From positions 1-41,254 of IMG/VR virus record IMGVR_UViG_3300027863_000071: 41,254 nt of DNA, one strand, 5' to 3'. The position numbers were made by a program, and so were the translations under genes. The stretch is from a virus (taxonomy: Duplodnaviria > Caudoviricetes). The notes under the pieces are model-generated. The model worked only from the letters and a program-made list of their open reading frames with translations. It was not told the DNA's origin and searched no databases. Every line of letters begins with the position of its first letter. Positions within the stretch are counted from its first letter, which is position 1. This document shows positions 1 through 8,356 of the stretch, piece by piece.

Positions 1-126
1 ATATATAATATAATAATATATAATATTATAATATATATTACTGTATTATATGTATACCAGTATTCTAGTATTACTAGTATTTCGGTATTTTAGTATTACT
101 AATATTACAGTATTTACTAGTATTAC
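1..126 (+). repeat. Terminal direct repeat, copy 1 (identical to 41113-41238)
   Basis: Base-by-base match of 1-126 to 41113-41238; the sequences diverge after that. Confidence 0.95.
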
Positions 127-210
127 TAGATTTACTAGTATTACTAGTATTACAGCATTTATAAAAGAAACAAAGAAAGAAATAAATAAAGAAAGAAAAA
201 AGAAAAAAAA
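1..210. other. Candidate replication origin: AT-only tract, degenerate 9-bp AGTATTACT tandem array, then a purine-rich A tract
   Basis: 1-40 is A/T only; about 10 degenerate AGTATT(A/T)CT units at 59-155; AAAGAAAG tract at 161-210. Confidence 0.5.
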
Positions 211-254
211 TTTAAAGCGCGACTTCTTCCGAAATTCGTCTCGCGGGCAAAAAA

Positions 255-325
255 AGCTTCGTCTTCAGAATAGAAGCCTCATCCTCAGAGAAAGCCTCAT
301 CCTCGGGGATAGCTTCGCCTTTAGA
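255..325 (+). repeat. Four degenerate 18-20 bp tandem repeats (AGCYTCRYCYTYRGR core)
   Basis: Units start at 255, 275, 293 and 311. Confidence 0.85.
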
Positions 326-614
326 GATGGCCCCTTGCTGCCTCCACTGTCCCATAATCCCCCCTCGCCATTGCTGCATACCGACACCCCCGCCGCCGGG
401 GCGCGATATCTTCGAAACTACGTCATTGCTCGCGAGGGGTCTAATTAGCCCAAACCCCCCTGTAAACGCTATCTTAAGCCTCAAACTTGGAAGGGGGGGT
501 ACATTACATACCCCCCTAGGGGCGTTCGTCGATTCTGCGCTCGCAAACCCCCCTATAATCGCTATCTGGGAAGATTTAAAAGGCAGGTTAAGACGCGCTA
601 CGACGTTAAGGCGT

Positions 615-1016
615 GCTACTTTAGTTTCACGCCGCCAAGGCGTGCCATTCCCAGTCTATTCGCAATCTATTCGCAATTATGCAGGGATAAGCAATCCTTT
701 GCCGCTTTGTCTATTCTCCGCCTATTCTCCGTCTATTCTCCGTTTAGTCCCATAAAGCGCTTGATTGCTTGGTGGCTGTTTGGTTGTTTGCTTTACTTGG
801 TTGTTTAGCGGCTTGGCTACTTTAGTTTCACAGAATCCTTTGTTGTGCTACTTTAGTTTCACAGCTTGCTGCGCTTGAGCATTTGGATGGCGCCTTTGGC
901 TACAGGGTTTGGCTATGCTACTTTAGTTTCGTAGCTTGCTACGCTACTTTCGGCTGCGGTTGGTGCGGTTGGTGCTGTTGGTGCGGCGAGGTCGTTATAA
1001 CCGCTACGGAACTAAA
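615..1016. repeat. Dispersed GCTACTTTAGTTTC repeats (4 direct, 1 partial, 1 inverted) with interspersed short tandem repeats
   Basis: Copies at 615, 816, 847, 917; partial at 943; 1003-1016 is a 1-mismatch reverse complement of 922-935; CTATTCGCAAT x2 (656-677); CTATTCTCCG x3 (711-742); TGCGGTTGG-like x3-4 (955-987). Confidence 0.9.
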
Positions 1017-1084
1017 AAATTGTATAACTGATATAATCGGGGGAAAATCTGTAAAATTCTTACCAGATTTTTGGCACGTGCCCC

Positions 1085-1113
1085 TTGACACGAGCGGGAT
1101 ATTGTGTTATACT
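1085..1113 (+). promoter_or_regulatory. Near-consensus sigma70 promoter for the early genes
   Basis: TTGACA (1085-1090), 17 bp spacer, TGn extended -10, TATACT (1108-1113). Confidence 0.85.
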
Positions 1114-1277
1114 TGTAGTAGATAGAAGGGAAAGGGCACGACATATGCTGATAGACACGGACATCAGAATCATTTTTAAGCTTATGTTTTTTTTGTATTT
1201 AGCATTGTGTTAGATGAATACTTAACAAAGGGGTTAAGTTAGATAATTAGTTAACAAGAGGAATGGAAGGGTAAAAT

Positions 1278-1439
1278 ATGAAGGCAAAGAAAAGGGAGAG
1301 CTCAAGGAAGAAGAAGATGATACAGCGGCTTGGTGATGGCAGCTGTATTTGTGAGGAGTGTTGGCGGCGAGAATATCCGAAGATGGAGTTGCCGGAGAAC
1401 AACTGGATATTCGACAGGTGTGATATTTGCAAAGATTAG
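1278..1439 (+). CDS. Small Zn-binding hypothetical protein (53 aa; not in ORF track)
   Basis: MKAKKRESSRKKKMIQRLGDGSCICEECWRRE...RCDICKD; two CxxC motifs; GAAGGG upstream. Confidence 0.65.
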   Translation: MKAKKRESSRKKKMIQRLGDGSCICEECWRREYPKMELPENNWIFDRCDICKD

Positions 1440-1462
1440 CTTTTTAATGAAAGGGAAGAAAG

Positions 1463-1756
1463 ATGAATGCACACGAATTATGCCAAGAATGGATTAAGGG
1501 TAAGCGATGGTACGGTTCCGATAATTCCCGCGAAGTTTGCGGGACAAACAAAGCGGCTGTTATGCGTTACCTAAATAAACCAGAGAAGTGGTTTGAGGCG
1601 AACGGGGTATTATGTCCATTGGCTGATGAAATTGTGTTTAGGGTTGTAGGCACGATACCGTACAGCCGTAGTGCAACGGTGCAAGCAGACAATGTAGAGG
1701 ATTTGACGGTTGAGGATTTAATCCTCATTGGTCGATTGTTAAGACGGATTGACTAA
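1463..1756 (+). CDS. Hypothetical protein, paralog of 1826-2161
   Basis: Shares KPEKW, GVLCxLxDEIVxRVVG and TVxDLILIGxLL with the next gene; purine-rich RBS. Confidence 0.85.
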   Translation: MNAHELCQEWIKGKRWYGSDNSREVCGTNKAAVMRYLNKPEKWFEANGVLCPLADEIVFRVVGTIPYSRSATVQADNVEDLTVEDLILIGRLLRRID

Positions 1757-1825
1757 GCAATACTAATGATTACATCAATATCGTAAGTATAGTAGCAGTA
1801 TTTTTAATAGGAAAGGAGAGAAAAA

Positions 1826-2161
1826 ATGGAAAACACAGAAATAGAAATGGATGCCTTGCACAAATTGTGCGGGCAGTACCACCTGGGCGACAGGTGGTAT
1901 GCGTTTGACGGGTATGACTTTTTCGTGGGGGCGACCAAGGAAGATTGCCTTCACGCCTTGGGCAAGCCAGAGAAGTGGTATCAAACCCAAGGGGTAGGGG
2001 TAGGGGTATTGTGTTTACTGGAGGACGAAATTGTGCGCCGTGTTGTCGGGGCACAACCACATTCTTATAGTTTAAGAGTGTGGATAGATAACTTTGATGG
2101 AGCTACAGTAGCTGACCTTATTTTAATAGGTCAGTTACTACAGAAGAAATTCAAGTCTTGA
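1826..2161 (+). CDS. Hypothetical protein, paralog of 1463-1756
   Basis: AAGGAG RBS; motifs shared with the preceding gene. Confidence 0.85.
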   Translation: MENTEIEMDALHKLCGQYHLGDRWYAFDGYDFFVGATKEDCLHALGKPEKWYQTQGVGVGVLCLLEDEIVRRVVGAQPHSYSLRVWIDNFDGATVADLILIGQLLQKKFKS

Positions 2162-2329
2162 AAGGATGGATATTATGGTATTATTGAAGTAGAAAAAGAA
2201 TACGGGTACTTTAGGCTAAGTCAGCTGTTGTCTATCCGTATTTTTCCCGGCGTGGGCGTGAAACGCGACCTACATTTCACGCCACGACGATTAGCGGAGG
2301 TTCTTAATGATGGATTTGAGCGGGTATAA
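2162..2329 (+). pseudogene. DUF2958-like C-terminal fragment, in frame after the TGA of 1826-2161
   Basis: Translates KDGYYGIIEVEKEYGYFRLSQLLSIRIFPGVGVKRDLHFTPRRLAEVL, resembling the ELGYFSLSEL...ERDLYF motif as I recall it; no start codon at its 5' end. Confidence 0.65.
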
Positions 2330-2406
2330 TGTGTATTTCCTCCTCTTTTTTGGCCACGGATGGCCTAAGTAATTATTATAAGTAATAATTTTGAGAGAAA
2401 AAAGCA

Positions 2407-3012
2407 ATGTTTAAGAAAAGTATCGTAAGTTTAGTAGCAGTAGCTTTTTTTGTAGTAAGTACCCCTTTGTATGCGGTTGTGGTGGACCTGACAGTAAATA
2501 ATAGTGGGACTGCAATCGCAGCCACGGGACAACTGACCACGTTTGAACGTTATAATGTTCTTATTACCGGAACAGGCGTTTTTGAACCTTTTGTCAGGAT
2601 TCAGCGTTGCGGAAGAGAAAGAGGCTACAATACAGACGGAAAGCCACAGTTTGACACAAAAAAGGGCAAATGGACTCGCTCAATAAGGGTAGGTGATTTG
2701 CTGCTAACAAATGGCTGCATCGAATTTCTTTTGGATATCAATGAATCACAGGGTAAAATCAGAAAATATTTGTCTCTCGATGTACTGAAGATTTTCCTGT
2801 CGGATAAGCCGGATAACGACAATTATGCCGCAGGTCTCGGAACACTTGTTTACGACCTCGGTGACAAGTGGGTCAAAATGGATAACACAATATTTGGCCC
2901 CGGCAGTGGCACCGGTATTAAGGGTAATATAGATGATTGTGATTTATCCAATGAGGACCGGATAAAAGGTGTAGAGATATCATCATTGGTAGGGGATATT
3001 ACAAAAAAGTAA
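2407..3012 (+). CDS. Secreted protein resembling the N-terminal domain of bacterial PEP-CTERM surface proteins; C-terminally truncated or chimeric
   Basis: Signal peptide; GTGVFEPFVRIQ, GYNTDGKPQFDTK, EFLLDINE, LSLDxLKIF and GSGTG motifs; no VPEP-TM anchor. Confidence 0.6.
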   Translation: MFKKSIVSLVAVAFFVVSTPLYAVVVDLTVNNSGTAIAATGQLTTFERYNVLITGTGVFEPFVRIQRCGRERGYNTDGKPQFDTKKGKWTRSIRVGDLLLTNGCIEFLLDINESQGKIRKYLSLDVLKIFLSDKPDNDNYAAGLGTLVYDLGDKWVKMDNTIFGPGSGTGIKGNIDDCDLSNEDRIKGVEISSLVGDITKK

Positions 3013-3024
3013 AGGGTTAGAATT

Positions 3025-3306
3025 ATGGAACGTGGATTAGAAACTCGGATGGTCGGCAAAGTAAAGGGTAAATTAACAAACTTAATTTTACAGCCGATAC
3101 GGTTTGATGCAAGAGACTGGCAGATAATGATTTACGGCGACACAATCCACAAACCTATACTGCAACGCTATAATTGCGATGGATGGTTATCTACAGCACG
3201 AGCAGTAGATGTTGCTGATTTAGACGCGGCGATAATTAAAGAGGTTGAAATGCTGTATCGGCTTTATAATAGAGGAATTGAAGTATTGCATCGACTTTAT
3301 TTATAA
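3025..3306 (+). CDS. Hypothetical protein
   Basis: 93-aa ORF co-oriented with neighbours, AAGGG upstream. Confidence 0.65.
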   Translation: MERGLETRMVGKVKGKLTNLILQPIRFDARDWQIMIYGDTIHKPILQRYNCDGWLSTARAVDVADLDAAIIKEVEMLYRLYNRGIEVLHRLYL

Positions 3307-3391
3307 AGAAAAAGGATGGTTGCGAAGCGAATATCAATCTATTCTCGAGGTGCGCTCTGGGGGGGGGCGTGCTTCATGGATATTACATTGC

Positions 3392-3469
3392 AAAGGGCGC
3401 CGATTTGGGCTTCTGCCTTTTGTCCCTTCTACGGGGCTGCTTTTCCTCCTTTTTCCGCGGCGCCCTTTT
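3392..3469 (+). terminator. Long stem-loop or terminator-like structure
   Basis: AAAGGGCGCCG (3392-3402) pairs perfectly with CGGCGCCCTTT (3458-3468). Confidence 0.5.
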
Positions 3470-3502
3470 AATGATTTAAGCAATAGATAGATGGGGTAGC
3501 AT

Positions 3503-3793
3503 ATGAAGTGTGCAGGATGTGGAGTTGAAGTAAAGGCGGAAAGTGCCGTGTGTTGTAATTGCGGCAAATTGTTTTGCCCACTCTGCATAATTACGTGCAT
3601 ATATTGCGAAGATACATTATGCGAGTCTTGTGCAGATGTCCGTCTGCATATGGTGCCTTGCCGGCATTGCGGCAATTTGATGTGTCCTCATCACGAGTGC
3701 GATTGTTCGACAAGGCGCATAAACAAAAAAGATGAAGAAAGGGAAGATGGGCGGCTGTGGAAGTATTTGAAAAAACAAGGGAAAATAAAATAA
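3503..3793 (+). CDS. Cys-rich multi-Zn-finger protein
   Basis: Six or more CxxC motifs; GGGG RBS. Confidence 0.75.
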   Translation: MKCAGCGVEVKAESAVCCNCGKLFCPLCIITCIYCEDTLCESCADVRLHMVPCRHCGNLMCPHHECDCSTRRINKKDEEREDGRLWKYLKKQGKIK

Positions 3794-3821
3794 AAAGGTG
3801 TTATACTGTAAGGAGATTAAA

Positions 3822-4013
3822 ATGAAATCTCTAAATAGTCATTACTCATTCGTGTACTTAAATACAATTGATGAAGTCAGATTAGTGGAAAATGACAATT
3901 TGCCTTCATCTTTAGCGATAATTGCCGACCGTACTACAGTTACACTTGTTGGCGTTAACAATGCCGAGCTTAAAAAATTGAAACAGATAAAAAAGATATT
4001 GGAAACCAAATGA
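3822..4013 (+). CDS. Hypothetical protein
   Basis: AAGGAG RBS before ATG 3822; ATGA overlap with the next gene. Confidence 0.7.
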   Translation: MKSLNSHYSFVYLNTIDEVRLVENDNLPSSLAIIADRTTVTLVGVNNAELKKLKQIKKILETK

Positions 4014-4735
4014 AAAAAGAGATTAGAAAATACGAAAACGGAATAGTTCAAATAACGGTTTTTGATGAAAGATGGTATGAAATACCTAATGTTGGCTTTG
4101 TTCCTTCCGTGACGTGGATTTGTGATAGCTACCCCAAAGGGATTGGCTTCTACAAGTGGTTAGCGGAGAAGGGTTGGGATGAAGCAGAAGCTTTGAAAAT
4201 GGCGGCCGCTGATAAGGGTTCGGCGGTGCATAATGCCATTGCTCAGTTATTAAACGGCGGCACAGTTTCGATGAACACGGAATTTTATCGTGAAACTGAA
4301 GCAGTCTGTTCACCCCTCACGCGCGAAGAGTATGAAGCTGTTTTATCGTTTGTGAGTTGGTATAAAAGCGTTAACCCTCAGATAATACAACAAGATTATG
4401 TGGTTTTTAATTCTAAAGAGCGGTACGCGGGTACCTGTGATTTTCTGGCAAAGATTGACGAGGAAGTGGTTTTAATTGATTTTAAAACCTCTCCTAACAT
4501 CTGGCCTTCTCACGAGTTACAATTATCTGCGTATAAACACGCCGATGGGCATAAAATTGCGCCCGACAGTTTAGCAATTTTACAATTAGGCTATCCTCGA
4601 AATAAAAACAGATATAAATTTACTCAAATTGAAGATAAGTATGATTTATTTTTGGCTGCTTGGCAAATCTGGGCTGCTGAAAATGAAGATGTACATCCCA
4701 AAACCTATGAATATCCTGAGGAGCTTAAACTGTGA
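4010..4735 (+). CDS. PD-(D/E)XK exonuclease (RecB/Cas4-like phage nuclease)
   Basis: PSVTWI, GSAVH, YAGTCD...IDFKTS, LQLSAY. Confidence 0.9.
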   Translation: MKKEIRKYENGIVQITVFDERWYEIPNVGFVPSVTWICDSYPKGIGFYKWLAEKGWDEAEALKMAAADKGSAVHNAIAQLLNGGTVSMNTEFYRETEAVCSPLTREEYEAVLSFVSWYKSVNPQIIQQDYVVFNSKERYAGTCDFLAKIDEEVVLIDFKTSPNIWPSHELQLSAYKHADGHKIAPDSLAILQLGYPRNKNRYKFTQIEDKYDLFLAAWQIWAAENEDVHPKTYEYPEELKL

Positions 4736-4998
4736 AACCAAAAGAAATCCGAATTATAAAATCAAATGCGACAAATCCTTACCAAGCGTGGCTTGAAATG
4801 TCAACTGAATTGATATGTTCGGTGCCGGATTGCCAAGAATTTTTGGGAACTGTATATGACTTTTTAACGGAAGAAAAAGTCTTTTTCGATAACGAAGAAA
4901 ATTTTAAAATCTTTTGTGAAGGCGCACGCGGTGGAATGTCGTATATTCTGAAAATGTTAGAGAGTAATAAATTGAAATTTTTTAAGACTGAAAAATAA
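4732..4998 (+). CDS. Hypothetical protein, paralog of 4998-5279
   Basis: IIKSNxxNPY and EGARxGM shared with the next gene; GTGA overlap. Confidence 0.85.
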   Translation: MKPKEIRIIKSNATNPYQAWLEMSTELICSVPDCQEFLGTVYDFLTEEKVFFDNEENFKIFCEGARGGMSYILKMLESNKLKFFKTEK

Positions 4999-5279
4999 TG
5001 AAACCAAAACTTAAAACATATATTATAAAATCGAATCCGGCAAATCCTTATGCAGAATATTTGAAGGTGGCTACTAATTTATTAAGTTCGAATTCGGACT
5101 ATCAAAAACTTTTCACAATTGTATATAAAGTTTTGGCGGTGGATAAAAAAGTTTTTCTTCACAACAAGAAGAACTTTGAAGTCTTTTATGAAGGCGCACG
5201 AACAGGAATGGTGTGTATGCTGAGAATGATGGATAATAATAAATTAACACTAAGGTTTGAAAAAAGAGGAAAAAAATGA
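4998..5279 (+). CDS. Hypothetical protein, paralog of 4732-4998
   Basis: Shared motifs; TAATG coupling. Confidence 0.85.
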   Translation: MKPKLKTYIIKSNPANPYAEYLKVATNLLSSNSDYQKLFTIVYKVLAVDKKVFLHNKKNFEVFYEGARTGMVCMLRMMDNNKLTLRFEKRGKK

Positions 5280-5416
5280 AACGCAAATGTTTTTATTGTG
5301 GCAAAATGTATGTTGATAATGAAGTATCGCACGTTGCGCGATGTCCGGAATGCGTAACAAAAGAATATTTAACTATGATAAAACGATTGAAAAATAGAAA
5401 GAAAAAGCAAAAATAA
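5276..5416 (+). CDS. Small Zn-ribbon protein (46 aa; not in ORF track)
   Basis: MKRKCFYCGK...RCPECVTK; ATGA overlap; GAGG RBS. Confidence 0.7.
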   Translation: MKRKCFYCGKMYVDNEVSHVARCPECVTKEYLTMIKRLKNRKKKQK

Positions 5417-5468
5417 TTGTAATATATATTTTGAATTAGCAATGATTTAAAAATAAAGGAGAAGAACA

Positions 5469-6023
5469 ATGCCTCTATATCCCACCGTTCCATCTAATTC
5501 GGTATCAATTATTCCACCGGATACTTATCAAGCAGTTTGCTTTGCCGTAATAGATGTTGGCACTCACGTGAATAAAGCATTTGATAATAAATATCAAAGG
5601 CAAGTTGTTATTGGATGGGAGATTGTAGCACCAGACGCAAAACCAGATGAGAAACGAAAAACAATCTTTAAGATTTATACTAACTCTTGTAATCCCAAAT
5701 CCACGCTTTACAAGGATTTGGTGTCTTGGCGTGGAGCGAATTTCAAGGACGACGAATTGAGTAAATTTGATTTATTTCGTGTAATATCTGCTAATTGCTT
5801 ATTGCAGATAATAAACGTTACTCGCAACAATCGAACATACAACAACATTGCTAGTATTATGAAATTGCCGGCAACAGCAAAAGTTGCACTTCCACAGAAT
5901 CCTATTATCAAATACTCAATTGAGGAAAATGGTTTTAATTGGCCACAAACCCTTCCTGGTTGGATAAAAGAACATATTAAGAAATCAGAAGAATACAAAG
6001 CGATAGAGAACGAGCTGAAGTAA
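5469..6023 (+). CDS. NGO0469-like phage replication / ssDNA-binding protein
   Basis: PPDTYQAVCFAVIDVGTH, IGWEI, KSTLYKDLVSWRG, LPGWIKEHIKKSEEY; AAGGAG RBS. Confidence 0.75.
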   Translation: MPLYPTVPSNSVSIIPPDTYQAVCFAVIDVGTHVNKAFDNKYQRQVVIGWEIVAPDAKPDEKRKTIFKIYTNSCNPKSTLYKDLVSWRGANFKDDELSKFDLFRVISANCLLQIINVTRNNRTYNNIASIMKLPATAKVALPQNPIIKYSIEENGFNWPQTLPGWIKEHIKKSEEYKAIENELK

Positions 6024-6024
6024 T

Positions 6025-6504
6025 ATGCAAAAGTCAGCGAAATTTATAGGAATTGCCAAAAATGGTGAGCAATTACTATCGCCGGAGCAAGCTGAAGCGA
6101 AGCGGCAGTTTTTGTTAAGTTTAGAAAATAAAACAGTTTGTGACACTATTACATTGTATTATCCTTCTAAAACACAAAAACAATTGGCTACTATTTTCGG
6201 TTTAATGATTGCCGAAACAATAATGCAAGCGAATGCTTTAGGGATAGATGTAACAGATTTTCTCAAATTTTTGGTAAATGATAAAATACCAAAAGGGCAA
6301 GGATTAACAAAAGATTTTCTTCACGAACTAATGTATGTAATATGCCCTATCAGAAATGAAGACGGCAAAAGAGTTACGCTATCTAATATGAACACTAAAC
6401 AAGCGGCGCAATTATTCGAACAATTTCGTAACATAGTCGCACCGCTTGGAATTGTAATACCCGACCCTAACCCCAATCTAAATAGGGGCAACAAAAATGA
6501 ATAA
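6025..6504 (+). CDS. NinB/YbcN-like recombination accessory protein
   Basis: KTQKQLATIFG, LHELM, LSNMNTKQAAQLFEQ, GIVIPDP pattern; lies between SSB-like and resolvase genes. Confidence 0.55.
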   Translation: MQKSAKFIGIAKNGEQLLSPEQAEAKRQFLLSLENKTVCDTITLYYPSKTQKQLATIFGLMIAETIMQANALGIDVTDFLKFLVNDKIPKGQGLTKDFLHELMYVICPIRNEDGKRVTLSNMNTKQAAQLFEQFRNIVAPLGIVIPDPNPNLNRGNKNE

Positions 6505-6952
6505 GGTAAAAGTAATTCTAGGTATTGACCCAGGCCAAAATGGTGGGATAGCTGTTATTCTTGATAATATGGAATGTAGCGAAATAGTCGATACTGTTGC
6601 CTTTAAAAATAAAACAGAACACGACATTTCACAAATTATGGAAGAGTATGCGACATCATACGATTGCTTTGCAATTATCGAAAACGTTCATAGTATGCCC
6701 CGACAAGGGGTTAGCAGCTCTTTCAAGTTCGGGCATAATTTTGGATTTTTAATTGGACTCTTAACTGCATACAAAATTCCTTACATTAAAGTATCCCCTC
6801 AAGTATGGCAACGAGCTATGCATTGCTTGTCAGGTGGGGATAAAAAAGTAACTAAAGCGGCCGCACAACGGTTATGGCCATCTTATAATATCACTTATGA
6901 TATTGCAGATGCTCTTTTAATCGCCGAATACGGCAGATTGCAAACGTATTGA
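6497..6952 (+). CDS. RuvC-like Holliday junction resolvase
   Basis: ILGIDPGQNGGIA, IENVHSMPRQGVSSSFKFG, ADALLIAEY. Confidence 0.9.
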   Translation: MNKVKVILGIDPGQNGGIAVILDNMECSEIVDTVAFKNKTEHDISQIMEEYATSYDCFAIIENVHSMPRQGVSSSFKFGHNFGFLIGLLTAYKIPYIKVSPQVWQRAMHCLSGGDKKVTKAAAQRLWPSYNITYDIADALLIAEYGRLQTY

Positions 6953-6962
6953 GGTAACACAA

Positions 6963-7313
6963 ATGCCTGTATATAAAAATTTTTTAACTTCTCTTATGAC
7001 ATCACCTGTCTGGGAACTAAAAGATTCCATTCTTCGGTGTTATTTAACGCTTATCGGTTTGTCCGATAAGAGAGGATATGTTTTTTGCACGCCTGAAGCC
7101 CTCGCAAGAGTGGCACACGTAACACCGGATGAAGGTTATGAAGCTATAAGTGTTTTGGAAGAAAGAGGGTATATTACGCCTTTCATAGACGGCTGGCGAA
7201 TTGTAGAATTTGAGAAGGTTTATACCCTTTTACGAGCCGATGAAATTGTCGAAAAAAAGAAAATAAGTCAAGCTCAGAAACGCTACAATGAGAAGGAAAC
7301 GAAGACATTATAA
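6963..7313 (+). CDS. Winged-HTH protein resembling the N-terminal domain of phage replication initiators (short)
   Basis: SLMTSPVW...LSDKRGYV...ALARVAHVT...AISVLE...IDGWRIV; GAGGT RBS. Confidence 0.6.
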   Translation: MPVYKNFLTSLMTSPVWELKDSILRCYLTLIGLSDKRGYVFCTPEALARVAHVTPDEGYEAISVLEERGYITPFIDGWRIVEFEKVYTLLRADEIVEKKKISQAQKRYNEKETKTL

Positions 7314-7314
7314 A

Positions 7315-7482
7315 ATGCACGAACCACCTTGCCCTGCTTGCCGCCGCAAAACGCTTATACAGCGGGTATGGACATCTGCTAAAAATAGCTACATTTGTGG
7401 TTATTGCAAAAAAGTAGTCACAAAAAAAGCAAGCCCGAGAACGCAGGACTTGCTACCAGAGGAGGAGGTGAGGAAGAGATAA
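7315..7482 (+). CDS. Small Zn-ribbon protein
   Basis: CPAC...CGYC; ATG at 7315 right after the previous stop. Confidence 0.6.
   Translation: MHEPPCPACRRKTLIQRVWTSAKNSYICGYCKKVVTKKASPRTQDLLPEEEVRKR
7422..7454 (-). terminator. Intrinsic terminator of the late operon
   Basis: Minus-strand RNA AGCAAGUCC, 9-nt loop, GGGCUUGCU, then a U run, at the strand convergence point. Confidence 0.8.
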
Positions 7483-7483
7483 A

Positions 7484-7825
7484 CTATTTTTCTTTTTCAG
7501 GACAATAGTTTTGTAATAATCCAAGCGCAAACCACAACGCCACTATTACTCCTTTAAAATAACCACATAATATTATCAAACCGCCTATTATTATCCAGTT
7601 AATAGTCTTACTTGTCAATTCCTTAAGCCATTGCCTTGTTGTAATTTGATTTACTAAACTCAACTCAATATCAATAAAACCTACAAAAACCAACATCGCA
7701 ATTGCAGGTATTATACAATCTAAAAAAGCAAGCAGGTAACAAATAAATAGTAATAAACCACCTATCATTTGATATTTATACCGCTTATATTCTTTTCGGA
7801 ATTTATCTTCAAGTTTGTTCCGCAT
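7484..7825 (-). CDS. Multi-TM membrane protein (holin candidate)
   Basis: 3-4 hydrophobic segments; last gene of the late operon. Confidence 0.55.
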   Translation of the reverse strand: MRNKLEDKFRKEYKRYKYQMIGGLLLFICYLLAFLDCIIPAIAMLVFVGFIDIELSLVNQITTRQWLKELTSKTINWIIIGGLIILCGYFKGVIVALWFALGLLQNYCPEKEK

Positions 7826-8342
7826 TTTGAGTTCCTTTCATTATCTTTTGCTTTATCGCTTTTACCGCTTTCTTTGTGAACGGTTTTTGAACCAATCGTT
7901 GAGCATTTTTAAACTGCTCAATAATTGGCTTTTCAGCTGATTTCAAAAATAGCTCATTACCCAAAACGACTTCTTTAAAGCGGGCATAGTTTAAATATAT
8001 AACCCATCCTACTAACAATCCACCAGCAATCAATGATAATGTTGCTATCAATTTAGCGTAAAATAATGCTGCTGCTGTCATACCATAGCCTACAACCGAC
8101 GATACTAACAGTGGAATACCATATTTAGCTCCACCCATAAAAATGGCAAATATAGAAGCAACGGCGCCGAAGATTAGTATTCCTTGCCAAAATGAAAGAT
8201 TTTTAATAGTTTCTTTATAAACTATCTGCTGCTGCATAATAGGCTCTGGCGCTTGCAGAGAAGGCTTGGAACTACTACTACAGCTGCATAGCAATATCAT
8301 CATTACTAATACAATCAAAATGTATTTGTGAAGCGAATGCAT
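7809..8342 (-). CDS. Lipoprotein with about 3 additional TM helices (lysis/spanin-like candidate)
   Basis: Signal peptide with lipobox-like LLCSC; hydrophobic stretches; basic tail; GGAG RBS. Confidence 0.6.
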   Translation of the reverse strand: MHSLHKYILIVLVMMILLCSCSSSSKPSLQAPEPIMQQQIVYKETIKNLSFWQGILIFGAVASIFAIFMGGAKYGIPLLVSSVVGYGMTAAALFYAKLIATLSLIAGGLLVGWVIYLNYARFKEVVLGNELFLKSAEKPIIEQFKNAQRLVQKPFTKKAVKAIKQKIMKGTQNAEQT

Positions 8343-8356
8343 AATATGTTCTCCAA

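Noticed and set aside
615-950. CRISPR mini-array from the GCTACTTTAGTTTC repeats
   Set aside because: Repeats are only 14-16 bp with irregular periods (201, 31, 70 bp); no cas operon; the nuclease at 4010 sits in an ordinary recombination module.
50-1125. ORFs 50-448, 212-484, 327-755 and 883-1125
   Set aside because: Translations of low-complexity DNA repeats, no convincing RBS, upstream of or overlapping the first clear promoter.
2159-2161. Genome-wide stop-codon reassignment
   Set aside because: Core genes are intact in code 11, and TGA, TAG and TAA all end genes, often with coupled starts.
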